From contig JANXSD010000163.1 in the NCBI GenBank assembly GCA_025352785.1, positions 11,028 to 75,027 on the forward strand: a stretch of DNA of 64,000 nucleotides, read 5' to 3'. Positions 28,529 through 37,311 of the stretch are shown here, piece by piece. Numbering within the stretch: the stretch's first letter is position 1; every line of letters begins with the position of its first letter. This DNA comes from Bacteroidota bacterium. GTDB taxonomy: Bacteria; Bacteroidota; Bacteroidia; AKYH767-A; OLB10. A model generated the notes under the pieces. That model searched no databases. It worked only from the letters and a program-made list of their open reading frames with translations, and was not told the origin of the DNA. The position numbers and the translations under genes were made by a program.

Positions 28529-29023
28529 ATGTTAGCAAATAAATTTATTCGAAATACGTTAATTATTATTTTATCTGTGTTCATGCTATGGCTCGGATTC
28601 GAAAGGGATGAAAAACTGATCGTAATGAAGAACTATCAATTTACTTTTGTTAATCGCTATCCGAAAGAACAAGTAACAAATTATGATTCTGTAATGAAAA
28701 ACTTGAAAGGATTTAAATTACCATCAAGATTACAATCGTCAATATTCTATAGTTTAAGTTATCTTGTACTTGCTACCTTAATCTTATATCTGCTTTCATT
28801 TTCTGGATTTATTGCAAAACTTACTGCATCATTATATTTCATCTATATGATCCTCTGCTTTTTCTTAATAAAGATTGGTGCTATGGGAGTTGATTATAGA
28901 TTAAGTATCGGTTTATCACATTACCTCGAAGATTTGTTCCTTTCTCCATTCTTCGTACTAGCATTAGCAGTAATTATAAAAGCATTCGGATTCACTCCCG
29001 AAATTCCATCACATAAAATTTAA
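28529..29023 (+). CDS. exosortase F system-associated membrane protein (by position)
   Basis: 164 aa, about 4 TM helices, starting 1 nt after the xrtF stop. A small membrane protein immediately after xrtF is the defining context of the XrtF partner family. I cannot verify the match by motif. Confidence 0.6.
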   Translation: MLANKFIRNTLIIILSVFMLWLGFERDEKLIVMKNYQFTFVNRYPKEQVTNYDSVMKNLKGFKLPSRLQSSIFYSLSYLVLATLILYLLSFSGFIAKLTASLYFIYMILCFFLIKIGAMGVDYRLSIGLSHYLEDLFLSPFFVLALAVIIKAFGFTPEIPSHKI

Positions 29024-29074
29024 GTTGGTATATTTCATTAATAATACCAATTCCAAAACAATAAACTCAATCTT

Positions 29075-30004
29075 ATGAATATATGGATCTTAATGCCGGT
29101 ATTTAATGATTGGGAATCCTGTGCAATCCTATTAGAAAAGGCAGAAGTAGAACTAAAAGAAAATCCAACATTTAATTATTCTTTTGCAATAGTAAATGAT
29201 TTTTCAACCCTTCCTATCCCTGATAATTTTGAAAACAATTTTAATAATCATGTAAAAATAATTCAACTGAATAGAAATGTAGGCCATCAACGTGCGATTG
29301 CATTAGGCTTATGTTTTATCCAAAAAGAATTACCATGCGATTATGTTATTGTAATGGATGCAGATGGTGAAGATCGTCCACAAGATATTCCATTACTTAT
29401 TGAAGAAGCTATCCAGCAAAATGGTAAAATAATTTTCGCAAAAAGAACAAAGCGTTTTGAAGGATTGTGGTTTCGCTTCTTTTATAAATGGTATAAATTC
29501 TTTTTTCGATTACTAACAGGAAAAACTATTGCTTTCGGAAATTTCTGTGTTATACCTTATGATAAATTAAAAAATATAGTTTATGTTTCTGAATTGTGGA
29601 ATCATTTTTCAGGTGGTATCTTAAGATCAAGAATCCCCTACTCAAGTATACCATTAGAAAGAGGTGTTCGATATGCTGGCCAATCAAAAATGAATTTTAT
29701 TTCATTAGTGATGCATGGCTTATCAGCGATTTCAGTTTATACGGATACACTGGCAGTAAGAATACTACTTTCATCATTAGGACTAATCTTTATAGCACTT
29801 TTAAGCATTTTTATAGTCGCAGGAATTAGATTATTCACTCCATTCGCAATTCCAGGATGGGCTTCTTTTGTTGTTATTGGAATACTTATAATAATCTTTC
29901 AAGCGTTTATGATATCGTTGTTCTTAGTATTTAATGTTTTAAATTATCGCACTCAACAACATTTCATTCCCGCTTTAGAATACAAAAATTTTATAGAAGA
30001 ATAA
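29075..30004 (+). CDS. GT2 polyprenyl-phosphate glycosyltransferase (GtrB / ArnC / DPM1-like)
   Basis: 309 aa. MPVFND, VMDADGEDRPQDIP (DxD region), RYAGQSKMNF, then two C-terminal TM helices (LIFIALLSIFIVAG, PGWASFVVIGILIIIFQAFMISL), as in GtrB-type enzymes. Confidence 0.8.
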   Translation: MNIWILMPVFNDWESCAILLEKAEVELKENPTFNYSFAIVNDFSTLPIPDNFENNFNNHVKIIQLNRNVGHQRAIALGLCFIQKELPCDYVIVMDADGEDRPQDIPLLIEEAIQQNGKIIFAKRTKRFEGLWFRFFYKWYKFFFRLLTGKTIAFGNFCVIPYDKLKNIVYVSELWNHFSGGILRSRIPYSSIPLERGVRYAGQSKMNFISLVMHGLSAISVYTDTLAVRILLSSLGLIFIALLSIFIVAGIRLFTPFAIPGWASFVVIGILIIIFQAFMISLFLVFNVLNYRTQQHFIPALEYKNFIEE

Positions 30005-30007
30005 TTA

Positions 30008-30730
30008 ATGAATACATCTACAAATACAGCAACTTACATTGGACAAGAATTAGAACTTTTCAAGAAAGCTTATAATTGGAAACAATACTATCGAAACATA
30101 ATTCTTCCATTTCTAAAAGATGATGTTTTGGAAGTAGGTGCTGGCATCGGAGCAACGACTGAACACTTAGTAAATACCAATGTTAAAACATGGACGTGTT
30201 TAGAACCAGATCCAGAACTTGCAAAAGTTGTAGAACAATTATTAAATAACAAACAATTACCTAATGTATGCAAACTTATTATCGGCACAACTGACGATCT
30301 GGATACATCAATAAAATATAATGCTATCATTTATATGGATGTTATAGAACATATAGAAGATGATGCTGCTGAATTAAAAAGAGCAGCAGAATTGTTAAAA
30401 CCAGAAGGGTATTTAATCATTCTTGTGCCTGCACACAACTGGTTAAGAAGCCCATTAGATGATGCTATTGGTCATTACAGAAGGTATAATAAGGGCATGC
30501 TAAAAAATGTGGTTCCATCTTCATTAAAACAAATTAGATTATCTTATTTAGACTCTGTAGGATTAATAGCTTCCCTGGGAAATAAAATGCTACTAAAAAA
30601 ATCCTATCCAAACGAAAAACAAATTCGTATTTGGGATTCGGGAATGGTTCCTATCTCCAAATTAATAGACCCATTTTTAGGCTTTAACTTTGGCAAGTCG
30701 GTATTGGGTATTTGGCAAAAAAAGTCATAA
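30008..30730 (+). CDS. class I SAM-dependent methyltransferase
   Basis: 240 aa. Motif I VLEVGAGIGATT, then IIYMDVIEHIEDD and LKPEGYLIILVP. It starts 3 nt after the GT2 stop. Confidence 0.85.
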   Translation: MNTSTNTATYIGQELELFKKAYNWKQYYRNIILPFLKDDVLEVGAGIGATTEHLVNTNVKTWTCLEPDPELAKVVEQLLNNKQLPNVCKLIIGTTDDLDTSIKYNAIIYMDVIEHIEDDAAELKRAAELLKPEGYLIILVPAHNWLRSPLDDAIGHYRRYNKGMLKNVVPSSLKQIRLSYLDSVGLIASLGNKMLLKKSYPNEKQIRIWDSGMVPISKLIDPFLGFNFGKSVLGIWQKKS

Positions 30731-30738
30731 AGAACACG

Positions 30739-32217
30739 ATGAACCGCAAGCAATATGAACTATTAATACTGTCAATTCTAGGCATTGCTTCCATAGCTGT
30801 TTTATTGTTAAGGATCATTTTTATTAAATCCTATTTGCCAGAAACTGGAGGAGTATCAATAAATGTTGTTTACGGAATAGAACAACTATTATCGACTGGA
30901 AAACTTTATATTAATCCTGAAGATGCGCCCTTTTCAATTATTCAATATATGCCCCTTCATTATCATATTGTAGCATATATTGCCACTTTAATAAACATTC
31001 AATCAGATGTACATTCCGTCATGGTACTGAATAGACTAATCTGCTTCATTTATGATATTCTATCCGTAGTATTTATTATTAATTTTATAAGAAAAACATT
31101 TCCCAAAATCGGAATGCGATTAGCAATCTCTTGTGGATTGCTATATTTCTTATTAATACCAAGTATTGTATTTGCAAGGGTTGACAATTTATACCTATTA
31201 CTTTGGATACTTTCAATAAGTTTCTTCGCTTCAATTTTCCATCATGAAAAAAGTAATTTAATTTCCATTAAAAAATCCATCTTATTTGCCGGTATTTGTT
31301 CCGCTCTGGCATTATTTACAAAACAAACAGCAATATTCTTAATTGTATTCAATATAGCGTTCTTAATCCTAATTTATAAGGAATATAAAACAACTATTCT
31401 TTACATAGTAAGCTTTGGAACCACGCTTATAATTTTATCACTTTTCCTTATTAAAGAAAATCCAATTGATTTTAAATTTAATGTAATTGATGGATTAAAA
31501 AATGGCATTAATTTAAATTGGTTTCTAGAAGTGTTTTTAAAAAACTACTTCATGAAATATACAATACTAATATGTAGTGGGATTTTTACAGGTTATATGT
31601 TACTACTACAAAAAAAATCAATGCTTCATTTGTTTTTAGGGTCAAGCATACTCTACTATTTTCTTATTGCTATTGTCTTTAGTTTAAAAGGCGGATCAGG
31701 ACCGAATTATTACTTAGAATTCAACATATTAAGCATCTTCGGAATTTGTTTATTGATAGACGACCAACCTGATATTTCATTTAACTATTTTCGTTTTGCT
31801 GCAATCTTAATACCTGTATTCTTACTAGCCTGCATGAATGATAAGGGATGGGGATTTCTCTCTTGCCGCAAAAAAGCAATTTCCGAATATGTGATGTGTC
31901 AATCAGTTGCTCATTATGTTAAAACTAATCTTAAGAAAGATAATTACGTTTTAACAGCGTTTCACAAAGAAAATAGTTTGAATTTATTTTTAACGCCTAA
32001 AGCACTTTTTCCTTGCCGAGAGGTTGCATTGTATTTTACTTACCCGATGGGCGTATTTAAATTTGAAAAATTCAAAACTCAATTATTAAAGAAGCAAGTT
32101 CAATATTATATTGATGAAAAAGGTCATCTTCCCACGACATTTCTTCATGAGGACATTTCGAATTTTGTAGTTGATACAACAATCGGCAATTATACAATTT
32201 ATAAAACAAATAAATGA
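30739..32217 (+). CDS. GT-C-like (ArnT/PMT-like) polytopic membrane glycosyltransferase, paralogue 1 of 3
   Basis: I start it at ATG 30739 (MNRKQYELLILSILG), 8 nt after the methyltransferase stop and matching the N-termini of paralogues 2 and 3; the track's TTG 30712 overlaps the upstream gene. There are about 11-13 TM helices plus a roughly 130-aa C-terminal soluble domain. Shared blocks are LPETGGVSIN..YGI, NPE.APFSIIQY.PL.Y, R.DNLYL, L.TKQT and LFPCREVA. Confidence 0.55.
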   Translation: MNRKQYELLILSILGIASIAVLLLRIIFIKSYLPETGGVSINVVYGIEQLLSTGKLYINPEDAPFSIIQYMPLHYHIVAYIATLINIQSDVHSVMVLNRLICFIYDILSVVFIINFIRKTFPKIGMRLAISCGLLYFLLIPSIVFARVDNLYLLLWILSISFFASIFHHEKSNLISIKKSILFAGICSALALFTKQTAIFLIVFNIAFLILIYKEYKTTILYIVSFGTTLIILSLFLIKENPIDFKFNVIDGLKNGINLNWFLEVFLKNYFMKYTILICSGIFTGYMLLLQKKSMLHLFLGSSILYYFLIAIVFSLKGGSGPNYYLEFNILSIFGICLLIDDQPDISFNYFRFAAILIPVFLLACMNDKGWGFLSCRKKAISEYVMCQSVAHYVKTNLKKDNYVLTAFHKENSLNLFLTPKALFPCREVALYFTYPMGVFKFEKFKTQLLKKQVQYYIDEKGHLPTTFLHEDISNFVVDTTIGNYTIYKTNK

Positions 32218-33701
32218 CAAACAGTTTTTACGAACGACTAATTTGCACTATGCTTTTCATCTATGCATTCGCAACACTTGTTATTCGCTTTGTATTTTCA
32301 ACTTCTAATCTTCCTGAAATGGGGGGAGGAATGTCGATTAACATGCTTTATGGAATTGAACATTTACGACAAACTGGCCTTCTATACATAAATCCAGAAA
32401 AAGCACCGTTTTCAATTATTCAATATACACCTCTATATTATTATTTCATCAATTTCCTCATAAAAATTATTCCATTCGAATTAAATTTGCATCAAGTTAT
32501 TGTATTACACCGTATAATTTGCCTCTCAACAAATATTTTTTATAGCATTCTAGTGGCCTTAACATGCAAAAATTTATTCCCAAAAGTCACGAAATTAAAT
32601 ATCATTTCTATTGCACTTATCATTCTTATCACCACCCCAAATTTAAATTTTGAGCGAATCGATAATCTTTACTTATTATTTTCAGTATTAGCTATTCGTT
32701 TTTTCTTGGGATATCTTAAAAAGAAGGAGTCGACTTCGTTAAAAAATTCTGGTCAAATTATTTTTGCAGGCTTAGCTTGTGGGTTAGCCTTATTAACTAA
32801 ACAAACTGCAGTATGGCTCATAGGCTTAATTAGCATCTGGTTGTTGTTTTTTGAATACAACTTTAAACTTTGGTTAAAATACATTGTATCGATCATATTG
32901 GTATTCTTACCATTAATTTTAGTTTTTAGTAACGGGCATTTATTAGATCTAAAATTAAATATTATTGATGGTCTTAAAAATGGAATTGGTATCGATTGGT
33001 TTATCCAGGTATTTATAAAAGGCTATTTCACCAGGTTTTCGCTACTAATCGTTTTTGGTCTATACATTGGTGGATGGAAATTATTTGAGAAGTCGGCTTC
33101 GCTAAAATCATTTCTTGGATTTAGCATCTTATATTTCTTTTTCGCAGCTCTAGTATTTAGTTTAAAATATGGAGCAACTCAAAATTATTTCATAGAATTT
33201 ACCATTGTGGTTGTAATTGGTATTTGCTATTTACTCAATCAGGAACCGCTCAAATACAATTCATATTTAGCTTTTACAGCTCTTTATATCCCATTTTTAT
33301 TAATGACTTGCGCTACTGATAAATACTGGCAAAATATTGCCTTACTTAAATCCTCTGAAAAAGATTTTAAAGTTTGCGAAGATGTAGCTTCCTACGTATC
33401 TAAAAACACATTTAATGGGAATTACATTTACTCCAATTTCCATACGGAAAATTCTCTAAATCTGATGCTGTCAAAAATTGCAATATTCCCTTGTCGTGAA
33501 GTTGCATTTATTCAAACATATCCACATGGCATTTTCAACTTTAAACAATTTGGTGAATTACTAGCACAAGGAAAAATTCAATATATCATTGATAAAACAA
33601 ATCACTTTCCAGATAAAATTTTATATGCAACTCCTATAAATTATACTGCCGAAAAATCATTTGGCGATTATACTATTTATAGATTTCAACAAAATAAATA
33701 G
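32214..33701 (+). CDS. GT-C-like polytopic membrane glycosyltransferase, paralogue 2 of 3
   Basis: 495 aa. Its ATG overlaps the paralogue 1 stop (ATGA). It has the same conserved blocks: LPEMGGGMSIN, NPEKAPFSIIQYTPLYYY, RIDNLYLL, LLTKQTAV, IFPCREVA. Confidence 0.55.
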   Translation: MTNSFYERLICTMLFIYAFATLVIRFVFSTSNLPEMGGGMSINMLYGIEHLRQTGLLYINPEKAPFSIIQYTPLYYYFINFLIKIIPFELNLHQVIVLHRIICLSTNIFYSILVALTCKNLFPKVTKLNIISIALIILITTPNLNFERIDNLYLLFSVLAIRFFLGYLKKKESTSLKNSGQIIFAGLACGLALLTKQTAVWLIGLISIWLLFFEYNFKLWLKYIVSIILVFLPLILVFSNGHLLDLKLNIIDGLKNGIGIDWFIQVFIKGYFTRFSLLIVFGLYIGGWKLFEKSASLKSFLGFSILYFFFAALVFSLKYGATQNYFIEFTIVVVIGICYLLNQEPLKYNSYLAFTALYIPFLLMTCATDKYWQNIALLKSSEKDFKVCEDVASYVSKNTFNGNYIYSNFHTENSLNLMLSKIAIFPCREVAFIQTYPHGIFNFKQFGELLAQGKIQYIIDKTNHFPDKILYATPINYTAEKSFGDYTIYRFQQNK

Positions 33702-33726
33702 ATTACATTAATACTAAATTCCAATT

Positions 33727-35208
33727 ATGAAAAATGCATTGTATGAAAAGATAATTTTAACTGTATTATCATTGTATGCACTTTCCATTCTTATTGTTAG
33801 AGTCGCTATCATCTTTTCTTTCTTACCTGAAACAGGAGGAGTATCCATTAATATGATGTATGGCATAATGCATCTTAGTAAAACAAGCATCCTCTATAGC
33901 AATCCGGAATTTGCGCCCTTTTCTATCATTCAATATATGCCACTATATTATTATCTAATTTCCGGTATTGGAAAATTATTTAATATCTCAAATGATGTGC
34001 ATCAGATGCTTGTAGTTAATAGAATGATATGCTTTTTAAGTGGAGTTGCCTATAGCTTTTTATTGTTTTATTGTATCAGAAAGTTTTTCCCTAAAGTTGG
34101 ATTTCGAATCGCATCAGCAATTGGATTGTTGATGTTTATCCTAATCCCTAGTCATAATTATGGTCGACTTGATAATCTATATTTGGTATTTTGTATGGCA
34201 GCGATATATACATTCATAAATTACTTACAAATTAAGTATCGAGACGAAAAAATCAATTTGCAAGCATTACTACTTTCAGGATTGTTTTGCAGTTTAGCTG
34301 TACTTACTAAACAAACCGGAATTATCATTACTGTATTTTTTTGTGGATGGCTTTTAGTAATCGAAAAATCTCCACTTCGATTGCTGCAATTTCTTTTGGC
34401 ATTTATCCTACCAACTGCAATAGGTATTTACCTAACATTGCCTTCTACCCCACTTGACTTTAAACTCAATACCATAAATGGAATAAAAAATGGTATTGAT
34501 TTAAATTGGTTTTATCAAGTAACCGTAAAATATTATTTTGCGGAATCTGGATTCTTGATCGCCTTCGGATTATATATCGCCGGATGGTTATTGTTCGAAC
34601 GTAAACCTGGGTTAAAATTATTTATATCAGGATCTATTTTATTTTTATTCGCAACAGCATTTTTAATGAGTATGAAAGGTGGAGGGAATCCCTATTACTT
34701 TTTAGAATTTACCTTCATGGTATTTATCGGTATTTGCTTTTTGATCAACACTCAACCTGATAACTACAAAAAATATATGCCCTATATTACTTTATTGCTT
34801 CCTTTCTTTTTAATGTCGACCATTAATGATAAAGGTTGGCATGAATTAGGGCGAATGAAAAAAGCTAAAAAAGATTATAATGATTGTCTACAAGTAAGTA
34901 ATTATATCAACCAAAATATTAGAAAGGGAAATTATATCTATTCGAATTTCCACTTGGAGAATACGCTTAATCTAATGCAAAGTGAAACTGCATTATTTCC
35001 TTGCCGTGAAGTTGCATTCCGGTTTACTTATCCACAAGGTGTTTTTAAATTCAGTCAGTTCGATACGCTTATGAAAAATAATCAGGTTCAATATATCATT
35101 GCTAACGCTGATGATTTTCCTGTAAAGATTTTAGATACTCCAATTGTTAATTATAAAAAGGATACCGTAATTGCCGATTATACTATTTATCAACGAATCA
35201 CAAATTAG
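33727..35208 (+). CDS. GT-C-like polytopic membrane glycosyltransferase, paralogue 3 of 3
   Basis: 493 aa with the same conserved blocks: LPETGGVSIN, NPEFAPFSIIQYMPLYYY, RLDNLYLV, VLTKQTGI, LFPCREVA. Confidence 0.55.
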   Translation: MKNALYEKIILTVLSLYALSILIVRVAIIFSFLPETGGVSINMMYGIMHLSKTSILYSNPEFAPFSIIQYMPLYYYLISGIGKLFNISNDVHQMLVVNRMICFLSGVAYSFLLFYCIRKFFPKVGFRIASAIGLLMFILIPSHNYGRLDNLYLVFCMAAIYTFINYLQIKYRDEKINLQALLLSGLFCSLAVLTKQTGIIITVFFCGWLLVIEKSPLRLLQFLLAFILPTAIGIYLTLPSTPLDFKLNTINGIKNGIDLNWFYQVTVKYYFAESGFLIAFGLYIAGWLLFERKPGLKLFISGSILFLFATAFLMSMKGGGNPYYFLEFTFMVFIGICFLINTQPDNYKKYMPYITLLLPFFLMSTINDKGWHELGRMKKAKKDYNDCLQVSNYINQNIRKGNYIYSNFHLENTLNLMQSETALFPCREVAFRFTYPQGVFKFSQFDTLMKNNQVQYIIANADDFPVKILDTPIVNYKKDTVIADYTIYQRITN

Positions 35209-35218
35209 TAATTAAATT

Positions 35219-36253
35219 TTACTTGCTTCTTGCTTTACGAAAAAGAATACTGTTACAAATTGCAACGAAATATTTAAAGTCAGTAGTAAATGGATTATTC
35301 GCATACGACTTAAGATATTTTAATTCAGAGTCAACTATTTCCTCTAACGTGCGAGGCATGTCTACATAAAATGGAGGTAATAATCCTGGCTTAGCGTCTT
35401 TACGTTTATCTTGCAATTCTTTACTATACAAACTATGGTAATGACGGCTTAGCGGACGCACTCCAACAATTTTAATATCGCCACGTAATAAATTAAAAAT
35501 CATTGGAAGCTCATCCACCCAAATTTTCCGTATTAACTTTCCCCATGACGTAACTCGAAAATCATCAGCAAATTTCCCGCCCTCTGCTAAACTATTTTGC
35601 TCATAAATATATTCTTGCAAATATTCAGCATAAGGATACATCGTACGCAACTTAAAAACTTTTATATTTTTACCATCCTTGCCAATGCGAGTCATTGCAA
35701 ACACAGGGCCGTAAGATGGATTTAAATCATAATGCGGAACTTTTTCTTTCTTACCAACAAAATAAGTAAGGTTTTCGAATTGATAAACTTCAACAATTCG
35801 AAAGCCACAAGAAACTAATCTTCCAAGTGCTTCTGCCTTCGACATAACACGATTTCTGCCATTCGTGATAAAGAAGTAAAACTTTTTCAAAATGGGCATC
35901 TTTGGAAAAAACCGCTTGAAAGTGAAGTCGAAAATAAAATAAATATGTGCTAAACCCGGAATAAACTTTTTTAGTAATCGTGACTTTCTCTGCTCTTGTG
36001 TTTCAACTAAACCAATATAATATCCGCCAGTAGGAAGTTTTTGATTAACAGCTTCCTGAAATTTATTTACGAATCGTATATCATTAATCTTTTTAAGATT
36101 AATAATTGCATTGCAATCACCCTCTTCAATGTTTTGAACATTAAACGAAGTGGTAGTCTTAAACACTTTTGTATTCGAATGTGATAGATCTACGTATTTA
36201 CGTAGTAACTGTTCTATTTCCGAATGAATTTCGTTAATGAATGCTTTCTTCAT
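35219..36253 (-). CDS. bacterial sugar transferase (polyprenyl-phosphate glycosyl-1-phosphate transferase family) with atypical N-terminal domain
   Basis: 344 aa. The catalytic core is GPVFAMTRIGKDGKNIKVFKLRTM ... VDELPMIFNLLRGDIKIVGVRPL (PglC/WbaP-type blocks). The preceding roughly 180 aa have no clear reentrant or TM helix directly before the core. Confidence 0.8.
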   Translation of the reverse strand: MKKAFINEIHSEIEQLLRKYVDLSHSNTKVFKTTTSFNVQNIEEGDCNAIINLKKINDIRFVNKFQEAVNQKLPTGGYYIGLVETQEQRKSRLLKKFIPGLAHIYFIFDFTFKRFFPKMPILKKFYFFITNGRNRVMSKAEALGRLVSCGFRIVEVYQFENLTYFVGKKEKVPHYDLNPSYGPVFAMTRIGKDGKNIKVFKLRTMYPYAEYLQEYIYEQNSLAEGGKFADDFRVTSWGKLIRKIWVDELPMIFNLLRGDIKIVGVRPLSRHYHSLYSKELQDKRKDAKPGLLPPFYVDMPRTLEEIVDSELKYLKSYANNPFTTDFKYFVAICNSILFRKARSK

Positions 36254-36263
36254 AATTTTTACT

Positions 36264-36289
36264 AATCATGTCAAATTAATGACATGATT
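36264..36289. promoter_or_regulatory. 10-bp inverted repeat in the leader of the sugar transferase gene
   Basis: AATCATGTCA (36264..36273), AATTAA, TGACATGATT (36280..36289). The arms are perfect, and the repeat begins 11 nt upstream of the start codon (36253) on the gene's strand. Confidence 0.35.
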
Positions 36290-36559
36290 GTGCGATTTAA
36301 ATTATTAATTCGGCAAAGGGATACGTGACATGGGTGAACTTTGTTCCAAAAAGGGTAAGTGCGAACTTACTTATGTCTTTTTCTCTATCGTAAACTTAGG
36401 AAATTTTTATTAATATTCCAAATTATTTTTGTTATAATTCAAATAAAAGGTAATTTACAGCCACAATTGTGAATTAAAATATCTATAACAAGGTGTTAAT
36501 TAGAAGCCTATTGTAGAAAAAAAGTAATAATTAACAAATTGCTAAATCAATGATATTAT

Positions 36560-37189
36560 TCAAGAAAAAATATTAAAAAGCATTTTACATCCAAAAAGTA
36601 TAATTCCAATTCCCGATAAACGATTAAGCCACAATAAAAATTGTGGACGAATAATCTTCTTCAAACGCGTAGCGAGCCATGCTTTCAGTAAATCAGTAGA
36701 GAAAATAGTGCCCAACGTGGCCATAAAAAATAAAATTGTATTCGTATTACTAAAATGCTCCTTTGCAGCTAAAGTTCCCGCTACTCCCATCCAAAATAAT
36801 AATACAAATGGATTGAGCATATTCATCATAAATCCCTTCCCTGTATCAATCCATAATGTCTTCGAATCATCTGGTAATTCTAACGCATCGGCAGATATCG
36901 TTGGTTTTTTAAACAAATTTGCAATACCAAATCCTATCATCAATAATCCTCCCCCAAGACCAATCCATATCTTTTGTGTTTGTATTAACGAAATATAAGT
37001 ACTTCCGAAATAAGCTATAGTTATGTAGATCCCATCACTTAACATTACCCCAAAAGCTAAGTAAGCAGCAGGTTTAAATCCCTTTTTCAAACTAGTGTTA
37101 AGTAACATAAAAAATATTGGCCCTACTAGCATTGCTAGCACAAGACCAAGCGTTACACCTGCAAGTATCGGTTCAAACATAGAAAACAA
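36560..37189 (-). CDS. LysE/RhtB family amino-acid efflux translocator
   Basis: 209 aa and 6 TM. N-terminal block GLVLAMLVGPIFFMLLNTSLKKGFK is typical of LysE-family proteins. Confidence 0.8.
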   Translation of the reverse strand: MFSMFEPILAGVTLGLVLAMLVGPIFFMLLNTSLKKGFKPAAYLAFGVMLSDGIYITIAYFGSTYISLIQTQKIWIGLGGGLLMIGFGIANLFKKPTISADALELPDDSKTLWIDTGKGFMMNMLNPFVLLFWMGVAGTLAAKEHFSNTNTILFFMATLGTIFSTDLLKAWLATRLKKIIRPQFLLWLNRLSGIGIILFGCKMLFNIFS

Positions 37190-37311
37190 TTAATTGAATG
37201 GCACTAAAATAAGGAAAAGATCCTGCTAACGGTTAAAACAAGAAGGCAAGTTGATCCATGCAAATATAATAGTTGATAATCCAAAAACTAATAGTATTTT
37301 TGACATACTCT

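Noticed and set aside
30712-30738. Track start (TTG 30712) for the first GT-C-like paralogue, and similar upstream alternative starts at 16883, 27436, 37273, 45277, 46797, 50294, 59327 and 63614
   Set aside because: In each case an ATG further downstream gives an N-terminus that matches paralogues, family N-termini or a signal peptide. In several cases a perfect -7 box or a terminator lies between the two candidate starts.
36345-36375. Small hairpin GTAAGT-GCGA-ACTTAC, followed by a T-run on the minus strand, in the 306-nt spacer between lysE and the sugar transferase gene
   Set aside because: It is only a 6-bp stem about 190 nt from the lysE-family gene stop. It could be a terminator but is too weak to annotate. 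The spacer otherwise shows no ORF longer than 30 codons or RNA motif that I can support.
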